Source of the DNA: Octopus sinensis
Lineage: Eukaryota
Assembly: GCF_006345805.1 (NCBI RefSeq)
Contig: NC_042999.1
Location: forward strand, 97,340,001 to 97,404,000
DNA length: 64,000 bases
Direction of reading: 5' to 3'
This document shows positions 1-15,900 of the stretch, in pieces. Position numbers and translations under genes: made by a program. The notes beneath the pieces were generated by a model, which made no database searches, was not told the origin of the DNA, and worked only from the letters and a program-made list of their open reading frames with translations. Position 1 is the first letter of the stretch, and each line of letters begins with the position of its first letter.

Positions 1-826
1 GCATTAATTCCCACATCTGCTAGGGAAGTGGTAAAATTTACAATTAATTTTATTAGACCAAACAAATATATATTGGATGCGTAACTTGTATGTAAAGTAA
101 AGTACAAGTGGCTGGGCAGAGGAGGAAAGGATGAGATTAGATCTCAATATGTTAGGTTTCATTGTTGTTATGATGATGCAGGAAAAGGTGAATGGAAGTT
201 TTCTACGCTTACAGGCCCCACCTGAGTATAGAACATTGAACAGTTAAACAATGATAGTGATTATAATGGTGATGCTGATATAGCTGTTTAAACTGAATTT
301 AAATCACGTCAATCTCAGAGAGACTACAAAAGTTCAAGGGTGCAGTCCTTCCTCCTGATTGTTATCACTTCAAAACTAGAAGGAAGGAAGGATCTCCATT
401 GGTCATGAATGACCATTAGATTGTACCTAGAAAGTTGCCCTCCAAGGCACTAATCAGAGTAGTACAGAGTACTTAGTGCTAGTTTTAAACAACATAAATT
501 CCTGAAAATGATAGAGAACAGACAAATGTATTGGAGCAAAGGCCATGGTAGTGAGAAAGTTGAGAATATCAATTTCTAACATTGGCATAGAGTTATAAAT
601 TTGTAGGGAAACGGACTAGTGGATCCAGTTAACTTCAATATATAACAGACACCTATTTTATTGACCCTGGAGAAATAACATTAAATAGTGATAAGTCATA
701 TAATCCAGCAAATCACCATTTCAGCTCCTTCACACTTCATGTAAAGTCACAATAATAATAATAAGTACTAGTCTTTTTGAGTATCATAATTTATGAAAAT
801 TAAAATGAATAATTAAGATTACTGAC

Positions 827-970
827 CTTCTGATCAGATTCTTTGACACTGCTGCGACAAGGTGAACTAGCTTCAGATGCACGATCTCTCATGTGAACAT
901 ATTCTTTCCGCAGTTCCAGCAATGCTTGATTTTCTCGTTCAAGTTCCATCATACGTCCTCGCATCTTTTC
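827..970 (-). CDS. CDK5RAP2: Exon 27: EKMRGRMMELERENQALLELRKEYVHMRDRASEASSPCRSSVKESDQK
   Basis: 144 nt, phase 0-0, AAG|GTCAGT donor, no stop: the gene continues outside the window. Confidence 0.88.
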
Positions 971-3900
971 CTAGAAACAAAAACATAAAATATAATTTGA
1001 CATAAGATATGATTTAAAACTAAATTCTCACAAGTCTTGATTTTGTGAGGCTACTATCCTCTGGAAATACAAATTAGCAAAATACTTTTCTAGAACTCAG
1101 CAATAACAATATAAGAAACATAATATGCAAGTCCTAAAGCTATACCAAAAAGCTAACAGTTGCAACCTTATTTTTGATAATGATTTAAAAAATATTTTTG
1201 AGAGAATAAATAATGAAAAACACAAGGATAACAAACAAATATTAATATTACAAGAATGTAATGTAAAATTAGTGGCAAATTTTGCACAAAGTGACTTCAC
1301 TTGTGATGGATTATCACAAGAAATATTAGCATTAAGATAAAATTTATTGTGATATTGCATGTGTACTTTACTGCAAGTTGTTGGTCACTGGTGGAAAGTT
1401 AGTTGCAGAAATGTGACTAAATGGAATGAGAAAAGGAAGAAGAATGTAATTGATTGAAGAGATGATGGTTGTAGCTAGCAAAGTTTAAACCATTCTAACA
1501 ATGAGGATCAATCAATTTCTGTGAGACAAAACAACCAGTGTAATGCAGGTGACTATTTAGATCAGAGAATGAAGGTAATAACAACTTAGTAGAATTCTAA
1601 AAGGACATATGGTCAAAAGTTGCAGTAAGGTAAATGTCAAATTCATCTCCTAAAACAAAATTTACTGAGAAAAATATTAATCTGGATTAGATTGATTATA
1701 TTTTTAACAGCTTATTTTGTATAGCTGGCAACAGTTATAGAGTTCAGATAAAGAACATTTGCCCCAATAGTATGCTGATATCTATATTTGAAAAAAACAT
1801 GCTATTATAGCAAAAATGGGTATAAAATAAAAGAGAGGTAACAGCAAAAATAAGTTGAAAGAATTAAAGCCAAGAAACTTGAATTTTTAATAATGAAAGG
1901 AAAATTTTTTTTGAACTGTATATCTATAACTTTACAGGAAATACCATTTGAAGAATTTATCTTCATGTAGAATAAACTAGTACAGGTCAATCTGGTACAG
2001 ACCAGCTATCTTCAAAGAAAAACATCTAAATTTATGTTTCAGCTACATTATTTTTTTACATGACAATTCAGTGTCAGGGTTTTCTGTACTAGATGAGAAT
2101 GAATAAAGATAATTATGATAAGGAAGAACACCCTCATCAACATCAAAACATATGCACACACCATTTACATGCTGCAGGAAAATTAATTTCAAATTACAAA
2201 TCAAACAGTTGCAGGGAGCCCTGTTTTTTTAATTTTGATAATGTTCCTATAGTAAAAAGAACTTACAGTATCCATTCGAGCCTTATGTTCAAAGTTCCAT
2301 GCAGTAAAGAGTTCCTAAAGAAAAAGAAGAAAAGGACAATGATCAATTAACTTATTTCAAGCAGTAATCAACAAATCAAAAATAATCTATTTTCCTAAAA
2401 GTTAGTAGACCCAAAGGTAATAATTTTTATGAGATGAAAGTTCTTGGAATAGGATTAACTTCCAAAAGAACACAGCAATCCATCAATCTCAATCTGTTCT
2501 TCTGAAGACTAATTAATATATTTACGTAAAACAGAAATCTATAAAGTTATTAAATATATAAAGGCTGTTATACTTGTGATTTAAGACAGCAGAAAATGTT
2601 TTTATAATGTAGATTTTGTTTTATAATAGAGTATAATCAGAAAAGGGAGGGTAGTGCTCAAGAGCTCTGAAATTGGTAAGCACAAGAGAGGAATACGCCA
2701 AAGACACACTAAGGTATTGAGGTATCTTTAGATTGGAGACATGTACCAAATGTTTGCAACTTGGTTAACAGTAATCACAGGCCAGGTGATAACATTAAAC
2801 CAAGAAATGGATTTATTAGTTTTATCACACCCAAATAACTTTAGTTCAATGGGTTTCTGCATGGTTTCCATCTATCTACGGTTTTGGTCAATTTGAGGCA
2901 ATGGTGGAAGATACTTACCTTAGGTGCTGTGCAGAGGGATCAGAATAATTAATCACATGACTGTCAGTGCCCCCACTTTATTACATTTTACTTACATAAA
3001 CACAAACGCACAAGTGTGCATGTGTGTATGCAAGAGCACCAACAATGATGAAAATAGAACACAACAGTATTATGCCTTACCTCTTTAGCCTTTTTAAGTT
3101 GTTCCTCAAGGTTCTGTAATTTCTCATTAACTAAAATAAAATAATAAACACTATATAAAATATCCATTGTCATCAGTTGACAAGAATTATAATGGTAATT
3201 TAAAAGGTTTCAGAAGCTTTGATTGTTCTGCATTCATTTTCTATGCTAGCATGGGTAAGGCATGGGTTAGATGCATATATTACTGAGACATTGTTCTCCA
3301 ACTGAGTATTTTTCTTGTCACTAATCCTTACATGATTTTCAAGCAGGAAATAAATTTAATAATTTGTTTGATCACGGAGAAAAGTTCAAGTCTGCCTTGA
3401 GCCTATGTTGGTCTCTATAATATTTAAATGACTTAAAAGCTCCCCTCTTAGCAGGGACATTCCATACCATGTTCAACTATGACTGGTTGTCCTATGTTTT
3501 CATATATATATATATTTGCCAAGAACAATGTGTTCTGACATGAGAGGGAATAGTTGGTATTAATTAATCTTAATGGTGGTTAAAAAATATTATTGATCTT
3601 TATCAGATTTGAACACTGAAAAACAAGGCACAATGAAGTAAATACTTTAAAACGTCTAGTTACCAATTCTGCTTTCTAACTATTTGTATAAATTTAAAAA
3701 CTAGAAAATGATCTTGTATTCAGCAAGTATTTTTTAAATTTTGGAATATTAATACACAGTAAGTTAGCTAAACCCTTTCTCTTTCAACTTTTGAAGTTTA
3801 TTACTGGTGTATCTTAGTGAGTTCCAACTTCAGATATCATATCCCATTGAGTTAAATGAAAATCTTACAGACTTTTATTATCAGTGATAGCTACTGAATA

Positions 3901-6900
3901 CAGACACTGAGTTTTATTTAGGCAAAAAGGACTTCTTATGTTAAAAGAGGGTGAGCAAACAGCAGTTTGTAAGTATGTAAAACGTAATATATTACTGATG
4001 CATATTTTCTTAGGTCTCATAAAAGATATAGAATTGAAATCCTACCAGCATTTAAACTCAGAAACTAAAGCACTTTACTCTAGCCCCACGGAAATACTTT
4101 AGTCCTTTTTCAAATTTCTAGAATCTTGGAGTTAGTGCTCTTAGATGGTTCCAGTAGTGTGAAGTAGATGTGTGCCATATCTTTCCTTGGATAAGATATA
4201 AATCTATCACAAATGGTTCTACATGGGGAAAACATTAAACTTGGCACTTCAAGCCAATGAACAGTTTATCAATTTTATATTGTTGCTATTTACACTGATG
4301 AATGATTTATTGTGGTAGCTTTCTACAGCAATGTAGCCTCAGCAGTTGTGAGCTAAATGTAATGAACCATGAACTCACTAACACTGGCTAAATATGAATG
4401 AATCTAATACTCCACTGACTATCTACAGTCTTTGGATTATGTTGAGCATTTCAATTAGAAATAAAAACGTGCAACAAAAACAATGAAAGACTTACCTTCA
4501 GGAACAGAATCATTGTCTTGGTACTTCCGGAGTTCATCCTGAATATACTGGAATTCTATAGACATTGTTTGTTGTTTGGCAGCTTCTTGTGAATTGGATT
4601 CCTGAAGTTGACGGATGAGAGACTCTTTCTGCTGACAGCTATCCACCAGTGTCTGAAGCAAGCATCATTATATAATACATTGTTAATGAATTCTAAAGAT
4701 AGATATCATATATTAGTTATAACAGTAAACTATAAAACACATTTATGGTAAAACTTCAGTTCAATAGTGAACTTTATATTTTGAGGTGACCATACTTGGG
4801 TGCACTGAAGACATATATCACATATATGTGCACATAAACATATTGTTTTACTGGGGAGCATTCCTAATCTTGTGGGCTCATGGGTGCTGGTGCCATGTAA
4901 AAAGCACCTGTACTGGTACCACATAAATGCACCCATGCTGGTGCTGTATAAAAGCACCTAGTACAATCTGTAAAATGGTTGATGTTAGGAAGGTTATTCA
5001 GCTGTAGAATCCATGCCAAAACAGACATAGAACCTGGGCAGCCCTTCAGCTAGTCAGTTCCTGTCAAACTGTCCAACCAATGCCAGAATGGAAAATGGAT
5101 ATTAAATGATGATGGTGATGGTGATTGCACTCAGCCAGCTTGGTTGGGGTTGTACTTGGGTACCACCATCAATGCAGCCTGCATTCAGCATTTATTTGGT
5201 AAATGATATTTGATGCCTGTATGCTCAGATGTGTCTTGCTGTGTGATGCTGATCAATCAGCATCTTTTAGAGTAGAATACTTTTTGACATTTTTACCATG
5301 CAGAATCTTATGTTTTTGTAGGAGGCTACTGAAGAGCAAAGTCTGGCCCAAAGTCTTCACACTGTTACCATTTTAGCAATATGTGTAAGAAATGTTACTC
5401 TATTAGCACAGGTTTAACTACAGCACATTTAAAGGGGGGAAAAAGCCTCCTATATACCTTTATTGTTTTATCTCTATCTTCCAGTGAAGAACGCAACTTT
5501 TTCAATTCTGTTTCTTGCATCTTTTCAATAAGTGCAGAATTAGCTTCTAAAGTCTGCAAATAAGAAAAGATATCAATAAGAAAAGACTTTAAATGAAAAA
5601 AATTAATAAACAGCTCAGTTGATGATATTGTTATAATGTAAATAGATTGCAGTTGAAAGGAGAAAATAATCAAAATTCACCTCCCCGCCAGAAGGTTTAG
5701 AAGTCAGAAACACATGATGCTGAAACACATACTGTAAAACATCTTCTATACATACAAATTCCATCAACTTGCTATTATAGTTCAACATACCTGAATCTCA
5801 TAATCTTTGCGGCTGATTTCCAAGCGTAACTTCTGCAGTTCCCTGATTTTGTCGGCCATTTCTAAGTTCTGTTTATCAATTAGATTCTGAATAAAAAAAA
5901 AATAAAAAACAATATTTTTCATAATTGTTTCTACTCCACTGTCACAGACTACAAAAAACAAAGACAAACTATGCTTCAATAATTTTAATGATAAAGATGG
6001 ATGAAACCAAATTCATTAATAATCTTCAAGGGCCACCTTTTAAGTTACAATGCAACTTAATTATACTAGGAGTCCTACCAATAAAATCACTGGTATCAAA
6101 TGATTTGCCACTAAGATTAGTGAATTCAATTTTAACCTCAGGGAATGTGTGTGTATATATATGTATGTATATATAATAATAATAATAATAATTGTGTACA
6201 GTGCTCAGGTGCACTACAACTCATCTAAAGTGTATATATAATCAGGTGTAGTTTCGGCAGATTTCGGAAAGCATGAGGGCCTTAAAGGATGCAGTGTCAT
6301 GGCAGTCAACAACTGACGCAGGCAGTTTATTCCATGCTTCAGCAACTCTGAGCGTGAAAAAATGTTTCCGAAAGTCATGGGAGCTGTGTTGTTTTCTGAC
6401 TTTGTAGGCATGTTAGACACATGGAGATCAAAAAGGTGTTCAGTGTTGTTGTTGGTGAGGTGGTTGATAACTTTGTGGGCGTTTACCAAGTCCGTCGCCA
6501 GACGCCGGAGCTTCAGTGAATCCATGCCCAGGGAAACAAGGCGCTCAGAATATGGTAGGTGTCTGATGGAGGGTATGCGTTTGGTTGCCCGTCTCTGGAC
6601 AGATTCCAGGAGGTCAATGTTCTGAGCAAGATAGGGATTCCAAACTGATGATGCGAATTCCAAGTGTGGTCGTACCATAGCTGTATACAGTTTTAAATAG
6701 ATGGCTGGAGAGCGGCTAACAAAGGTCTTGCTGAGTGATGCCAAGACACCCTCGGCCTTCTTGACAATTTTAGAGATATGCTTTGTCCAACGCAAATCAC
6801 TGCTGACAGTGATGCCTAGGTCACGCTCGCAAGAGGATTTCTTGATATCAGTGTTGTGGAGGGAGTATGTGGACGCAGGGTTTTTTCTCCCAAAATGCAT

Positions 6901-9900
6901 GGTGGTACACTTGTCTACAGCCAGTTTCAGCTGCCAGTCTGTGATCCATTGCTGCATTGTGTCTAGGTCTGATTGCAGGAAAGAGTTGTAGACATCAGGA
7001 TCAGTCCTCTTGATTTCAAGGTACAGCTTGATGTCATCTGCATATTTCAATACTGTGGCATTCCTTAAATTGGCATCTATGTCATTAATGTATGCCACAA
7101 ACAAGAGGGGACCAAGGACAGATCCCTGTGGTACACCCGATGACATCTCATATGGTGTAGAGTGCTGTCCTAGAACTGTGACTACCTCCTTTCGGCTGAG
7201 GATGAATATATATATTTAACCAATAAATGACAATGTGAGATTGTACAAATGACGATGTTAATATTCCATACAGATTCAGCATTAAGCCATTTCAAGCAGT
7301 ATCAGTAATTCAGTGATAACAACTGAGATTAGTAATATCAATTAATTCATTAGTATTTCAGTGACATCTCATTCTAAAAATGTAGTTTAGCAATATTGCT
7401 TCTGTTTATTTCTTTATTTATTTGAGTAAGCATATATAACATCATTTTCAGTTACATTTCCAGACAAAAACTGACAGATTCATAATAGATTAAACTCTAA
7501 TTTCATCTCCCAGAATACTGAAAACTAACACTATGATATAGTTATATACAACTGAAATTCAAATCCAGATAGCAATACATTACCTATTGAACTATAGTTA
7601 TAGTTTAGATGAGACAAAACTTAAGGTAACTGTAGGTACATGCCACTTCACCAGATGTTCTCAGCTCCAAAGTTTACCAATTTATCAAATATGTTACGGA
7701 AGTAGAATATGTTAAAAAATTTTCTTTTTATAAAACACACACCTTGATATCAGAATCTTTCATTTTCAACTTATCAAGTAAGTCATGTGAAGACTTTTCA
7801 TTACCAAGAGCTGACTTTTTCTTCTCTTCCATCAGTTCCTACACAACAAAAACAAAACAAATGAAAAAAGTTTCGTAAATATTTTTTTTTTCTTTTATAT
7901 TATATAGAGTCTGCCAGCAATAATCCCCCTCTCTCTAACTTTCACACCCCACTTATATACATATAGGAATTAACAGCAAGAACAAACATTATATCAGGGC
8001 AGTATGTGTTCTTTACACTTGTTCAGCTAACCCCAGTTTAGACTAGAATGAAAAGACCTATGATCAAAGGTAATACAGCCATAACCACAGTACTCTAGCA
8101 TGGCCATAGTCATGACAACTAAAGCAAACTAAAGAACTATCCAATCTTTTTCAGAGAGTATATCTAGGATAACATCCGTTCCTTTTTGAAGGTGAAAACA
8201 GCTCTACCAGACTTCTCTCTTTCATACACAAACACATTATATATAATTATCATAAATGGTTTTAGTTCTCACCTGTAAAAGTTGGTCTTTGGCTAACATC
8301 CGCTTTTCCAGTTCAACAACTTTGTTTTCTGAATCTGATACATGCAAACGTAAGGACTCCTAGTAATAAAAAGATAATTTAGATTTATTTTAAACAGCTC
8401 ACTCAGCAGAATACAATTTTTTCAAGACAAATTAAATGAAATAATATTTATTACCGTTTTTACATCCAGTTTCTTCTATTTTTGCATGGTTTAGATGGAT
8501 CTTCTCCAACAGCATTTGTTATCTCCTTTGTGAGGTTCAACCTCTTGAAATTGTTTTCCGTCACTTCTACAGGTTCTTTTTATGTGGATCTCTTGCACCT
8601 TTTTAATCAACTGTTATCCTCCACATGCATCACATGCTCATACGATTTGCATCCCATCATTCAGTGCACACCAACATTACACAGCCAGTGGAACATAGTC
8701 ATTTAATTTTTTTTCCAGCCCAGCCTTCACATGTCCTCCACATTCAATGCTCATGTTTCACAACCAAGCAATGATCACACTTTATACACAAGCATCATAC
8801 AATTTACTCCTCATTCAGAAAAAGAAATTCTTTTTTTGTTAGTAGAGATAATAGCTCCTTAAATATTTTCCAGTTAATTTTAACTTCTGCACTTTCAGAG
8901 CTAGCTCTACTATTAGTTAGATCAACTATGTAAGAGAAGCTATCTATAATTCCTATGGAACCTTCTGAGCATTTGAAAGAATTGTAACAACTCCAGTGTA
9001 TCTGCCACATAGGGAAGCTTTGTTTTCTGTTAACCTGCTTTTAATCCCATTATACCTCTTGTGCATGATCTCTCACATCTATATTACCAAGAGTGTGAAG
9101 TTTTTTCCAGAGTAAGTAGAGTAGACATGTAGATTTTAATACTTGTGTATGAATTATTGCATAGATTCTCATGTCCAAATTTTAACTACTTAAAGTAGTT
9201 TTATGGATGTTATGCAGTACTTCATATAATTGCCAAACTTAATACCAGGAAAAGGTGCAAAAAATAAATAAATAAATAAAAAGACACTAGTGCACCAGAT
9301 TGAATATTTTATCCCAATCAATATAGCAGGATACATTCACAAGTCTCCCATACATTACACACAAAATAAAACAGTAACAAGCAGTTTTCTGAAAATTCAC
9401 TTCTTCATTATGTAGTGAATGCTATTAATTATTGATTCACCAGGTTTTTGATTAATCTAGAAAATGACTTTACCTCTAAAGCATTGTTTTTAGCTGTGAT
9501 AGCATTCTGGAGGTGTTGTATTAAGTCATCTTTCTCCTCCATTATTCGGGAATGGTTCTCAGTCTGCTCCTGGAAAACAATTCGATAAATTTCAATATCA
9601 AATAGTCTTTTACATATTAGCAATAACATTTTAAATCTTACAGAAGGATAGAAATTCTGTTAAATAAAGAAGTATTGACTCAGTTGGGGGAAAATACTAA
9701 CACAACAAAAAAGAGAGGTACTGACAATGTACAACAAGGAGAGATTGAAATATCATAATAAAGAGATATGACACATAAGATTTAAAAAGTCTTGAGCCAT
9801 TAAACTCGGCAGTATAAAGAGATAATTATACAGCAAAGTAAAATGACATCTGTTCATTAAGAAGGGAATTATATATCTTCAATTAAGTGAAGAGATACCT

Positions 9901-12900
9901 ACTGATCTATGAAAATAAGATGGATTTATAGCAAAGAAAGCCTATGGTGTATAAAAGGATGTTATATACAGTAGAAGCAAATATTTTAGATTTAAATGAA
10001 TTCATGTAGCAATATGTTGTGCATTGATTGTAAAGATTGTTTTTGACTAAAAAGAATGATAACACAAACCCATCAATTCTATTGAATATAGTCAACTACA
10101 AGTAACAGAAAACTTCACACTTACTTTGTGAACATTTTGAGCAGCTTTGAGGGCAGCTGAAAGTTTGTTGATATTCAAATCCTTCATTTTACTTTGTTTT
10201 CCAATCATCTAGCAACAAAAGAAGGTAAAAACCAAAACATGTTAAAGTAAGCAAATACATAAAAAGGAACAAATAACTACATTTCTCAAAGGTTTTAAAA
10301 AATATTTCCCATGATCATGTCAAATGCTAAATTTTAATATCTTAGGATATTTAAGGTTCATTGTTTAATGATAAAATATGTGTTTAATTATTGCTATCTC
10401 TAAACAATATCTCTTATATATGTTTAGACACAAGACAATCTATCCACAAACTATTTAATTAATGACAATAAATTGAGTTGGTTCACATTTTAGTAACATA
10501 GAAAAAAACAGGTTTTGTTTGACTAATTTAAAGATGACACATGGTATTAAAAATATAGTCTTCAGAGGTGCTCAATAGCTCAAAGACTAACAAAACCTAT
10601 AACGCTTATTTTTTTACTATTCTTTGAAGTATTGCTTAAAAATACAAGATTAATTATTTGAATAATTAGCAAATGTCTGAATTTACTTAAATCCAGCACC
10701 CTTATATGTGAACATAAAAACATCTGAAGGGATGACCAAAAATGAAACAGGAAAAGAGAGAGCAGGAAGAAAAATAAAATTAAATAATATCATCAATAGT
10801 TGCCATAAATATCAATATGTGAATAAATGCATGATCAAACTGACTCCAAGAATTGCATGTACTTACATCAATAGTTTCTTGTGCACTCAATAACATATGA
10901 TTAGCTTTTTCCAAGTTGCTGTCTCTTTCTCGCAGAGCTAAACGTAGCTGTTGAATTTCCATGTTAAATTCTTCCTCAAGATGAATTTGATCCGACAGGG
11001 TTTTCTGGAAAAGAAAAATGCATTTATTTGTTTGCTAATAATTAATAATTGTTCACTTCAAGTTTTATCATTTATATCAATGATACTATCAGTGTAATAA
11101 AATTATGAAAAAAAATTTAGCTAACAAATCAAATTAGCTGGTGTTGGTTGAGACAGTCAACTGTTTATTTCCTCTAAATATAACGCCTTATATCTATGTA
11201 AGAAATAAATATAATAGATATGTGCTGGTGCCATGTATAAAGCACTGGTGCTAGCACGCAGTAAGCTCTGCAAAGTAGTTGGCATTAGGAAGGGCATCCA
11301 ACTGTAAAAGCTGTATCAAAATAGATAACTAGAGCCTGATGCAACTCTCCAGCTGGCCAGCACCTGTAAACTGTCTAATGCCTGCTCACATGGAAAACAG
11401 ATGTTAAATGATGATGATGGGATGAGATAAAAAAAACTACCTGTAGAGATTCTTCTTTTTCTTTTAACCTCTCCTCAAGGCTTTCAATAACTCCACTTTT
11501 CATCTAGGTAAAATAAAAAATAAAATAGAAACAAATATATAAATTATGAAACAAAAAAAAATTCTTTCACATAGTAGATTTCCAAAATTTCCCAATAACC
11601 ATGAGGAAGACTCTACACCGACACATAGAAATAACAGCTACAGCCTACAAAGCACACCCTATTGTTTTAATATGAAGGACACATTGGCTAATGTAGTTCT
11701 ACCTATGCATAAAGACAGGATGTGCGAATGGAAAGCCTTTGGTCAAGGTCTGTCCAAATAGTGGTGTTATACATAACAATTACAGCAAATACTGCTTTTT
11801 AAGGTTTTTCTTCTTTTCATTTCACTTGTTGAGTCAGGAAGATGAGATAATCTGAGACTAGTAAGTTTGATGCCATTAATGTTTCATTTAAGCTGTTGCA
11901 GGTCAACACCTGCTGGAAAGACACAAACAGGAAGAATCCAGAGAGATGTGTATGGACTGGGTATAATGGTTGGTGAGGAATATAGGAGGTTAAACATCCT
12001 AAGTGTGATATGTTGTCATTCAATGTCAAGACAAGTACACACACAATGGGCTTCTTTTAATTTCTGTCAACCAAATCCACTCACAAGGCTTTGGTTGCTG
12101 AGGGCTATAGAAGACACTTGCCCAAGTTACCACATAGTGGGACTGAATCTAAAGTCATGTGGTTGGGAAGCAAACTTCTAAACCACATAGCTACATCTGT
12201 AGAAGTAAATATTTGGAAATAATTTGTCTCTAGAGACAAGGTCAATCAACTGGAAAATTATAATTTCATAAATTAATTTACTTATACAATTAGGATGAGA
12301 AGAAATAAAAATAAAAACACTAACTTACCTCATCATTATTATTGCGTAACAGCTGCAGGTATTGGTGGAGTTGTTTATCTTTCTCCTTTAAGTTATCTGA
12401 TAACTGCTGGATTAACATGTCTTTACTATGTGACTGGTGTTCTAAATCTTCAATCATTAACTAAAGGAATTAAACAAAACATACAGCTTATGAATGCATT
12501 ATACAATCTATCAGTACATCATATAATATCACAGCATCAAAACACATGAACTGCAAGTAAATAAAATGTCAATACCCCATGCAATAAGTGAATACATCAT
12601 ACAATCTTGAGAACATTGTACTTTCTATGAATGCATCACACAATCTGAATACAACATACACTCTGCTAGTGTACCATACAATCTGTGAGAAGTATATCAT
12701 ACAATCAATGACAGCATCATATAATTTGTTAGTGGCACGTCATACTATCTGTGAGTGCATCATATAATCTTATTTCTTTATTGCCCACAGGAGGCTAAAC
12801 ATAGAGGGGACAAACAAGGACAGACAAAGCAATTAAGTCGATTACATCGACCCTAGTGCTTACACCAAGCAACCTGTGAGTACATCATACAATTTCTGAT

Positions 12901-15900
12901 ACACTATCCAATCTGTGATTTCACATTACTATCTGATTACATCATACAATCTGTGAAAACATTGCACAATTCACTTAGTTGTACATCATACAAGATGTGA
13001 GGACATCATACAATCTCTCAGCACATTGTATAATCTAAGTCAAAAAATCCATAAAATAACTAACAAACATGTTTATAAATATAAAAATTACACAACAGAG
13101 TAGACAATAAAAACAGTGCCTAAAGAAGCCAGAATCTACCTGATATTGATCCATTTGTTGGTCTAATTTCTCTTTAGCTTCTCTTTTCTCACGGAGCAGT
13201 TGATCTTGGAGTTGCTGAAAACAAAGAGAGACAAAAAATAGAATTAGAAATTATTGTAATTTATAATGTTGTTGGTATTTAGCTTCAGGTCAAGCCTGAT
13301 TGTGCAAACTTGCATTCAAAGGAATTTCAACAGAGATTAAGTACCTTTCATGTTATTGTGGGGATATTTATAATTACTATTACCTAATGTATCCTTACAC
13401 ATTTTTGAGGGACATCTGCAGAAGCCAAACAACCACAATTTCAGAAATCAAGTCCCTAGTTGATTTCTGTAATATAATGTTATTTCTAGATTTGCAGAAA
13501 TGGCTGAGTGCAGCACAATACTGGAGTGAATGCAACTCAGTTTAAATAGTTTCGTCCCTCTCAGTTCCAAGAAATCTTGCTACACTAATCTAAAATCAGA
13601 CAAGAGCATCTTCTGGGGGGGGGGGGGGGTTATTAAAATGGAGTAGGGGAATCTGAGAGTGTGTGCTAGTTTATATAGGGTGGGATGGTGGAGGAGGGGG
13701 AAGTGTTGGCAAAGCAAGTGGTTATCAAAACAGAGAGAAAGGGGGCCAGAGTTAGGGTGGTCAGGGATAGAACACGAGGGAGAAAAATATTCTTTTGGGA
13801 TTTTGGGTAACATAACTTAATGAAACAGCAAATGCTGATAATAGTGAAATAGAATTGAAAAATCTTAGAATTTTTGGTCAGCCAATCTGTGACAAAATTA
13901 GAGAAATAAGTGACAATTTGACAAACTTGAATAAATGAATAGGTGACGAATAATAAATACAAGTGAAGGAACCTAAGTTTGTTTTAAGACAACAGCAAAG
14001 AAGACGAAACTATGTTTACATGGTAAAGAATTATAATCAAAGGTTATAGATTTATTTTTATTACCTGCACAGCATCTTCACTTTGTTTCAAAGCATCTCG
14101 TGTCTTTGTAAGCATATCTCGGAATGAACTGAGTTCCTGTTCTTTTTTCTCAATGGAATCAACCAAATTCTTACAAAATAAATTAAGAAAATTGCATTGA
14201 TAAAAATATAAAATAAATTGCAAAAGTAAGTATATGAGCATTTTCTGTAATTGAAGAGCACAGAAATTTTAAAATTTCAAGCTAATATCTACATCCAATG
14301 ATTTGAATGACCTTGGTTAAAGGATTAAGAATTTTTAAATACAGCCATGAAGGCTACTGATTACACTCTTTCACCAAGAGAGAACTGTCCAATAAACATG
14401 TATATATCATTAGTACTATAATTACACAACAGAAGTGCAAAAATACTTCAGAACCAGAAGAAAAAAATCACAGTATTTCTGAAATCAAAGCCCACCAGAG
14501 TTGACTTTAGTTTTCATCCTAATCTTATCTTAGGATTGGTATCACAGATGCACTAGGTTCAATTTAGTCAACTATACTGATACCCTGTGCTTCCAATAAA
14601 TTTGTGGGTTTATGCAAATCTGTGAATATATTATAGTCAGTAACACTGCAACAGACCAATGCAGAGTTTAGTACAACTCTTTATGTGATGTGACTTTCAA
14701 CTGAACTAAAGATGACTGCTTTTCCACCTTCCAAGCAGCCAACAAGTGAATATTGACATAATTGTACAGTCTTCTAAAAGTTGATGGTCATATGACAATA
14801 TCAGAAATCCTCACTGCTAAAGACATCATGGTATGTTATACTCTTAGTCAAAAAGAGCCTGTGGCCTGATTAGTTTTAGTTGAAAACGCAGCACTAATGC
14901 CCACAGAAAATATTCCATTCATTTCAAAAAAATCTATCATCAATAATAGTGGTAGATGATGTAGTTCAGACATAAGCTCTTGACAAAGCAACCCACTTTC
15001 CATTCAAGATCCTTTTAGACTTATGACAATGAATTCTTGTAAAAAAAACCTTGGCAAAAAGGAAAATATGATTTTCTTATCTGCCTATCCCAACTACAGA
15101 AAAAAAAGGAAACTTTTTCTTTTTGTAATTAAGAGCCCTAAAAATGATCATAGTTGTAATATCAATATCAATATATATATATATATATTAATTCATCCTT
15201 TTATGTTTCAGTGGAATACCAGGCTCAATGTAATCAACTAGCCCCTCTCCACTCCAAAGAAATATCAGGTCTATCTTAAAAAGAATTACTAAAGCTAGTG
15301 AGCTGGTAGAATCAATAGCACACCAAACACAATGCTTAGTGGTATTTCATCTGTCTTTATGCTCTGAGTTCAAATTCTGTCAAGGTTGACTTTGCTTTTC
15401 ACCCTTTCAAGGTTGCTGAAATAATGACCAGTTGAATAATGAGTTCAATGTAATTGACTAGAGCCCTCCTACCCAACTTTAGGCTTTGTGCCTATAATAG
15501 AAAGGGTTATTATCATTGTTAATAAGGCAAGCTGGAAAAATCATTAACATATCATAAAAAATACCTAGTGGCATTTCTTTCAGCTTTATGTTCTGAGTTC
15601 AAGTACTGCTGAGGTTGAGAGTTAACAGGTGTGATGGCAATGTGTAGCTATAAGTTGTAGAACATGCACTACATTAGGATGTTCAGGCAAGTATCAGAGT
15701 TGATCATCATTATCAATGTTCCATGCAAGCTGTCACATTAACTTTCTTCCGGCTCACTTGAGAAGTCCTTACATTATAGTCTGGACTATCTGAAGGACTA
15801 TCCACACAAAAAGGATAACTCTCATGCTTGGTTTACAATAATACAAATGTGAGCCAAAAGACAATAAAGCTCATGATTGACAAACCCAACTGCACAGTAG

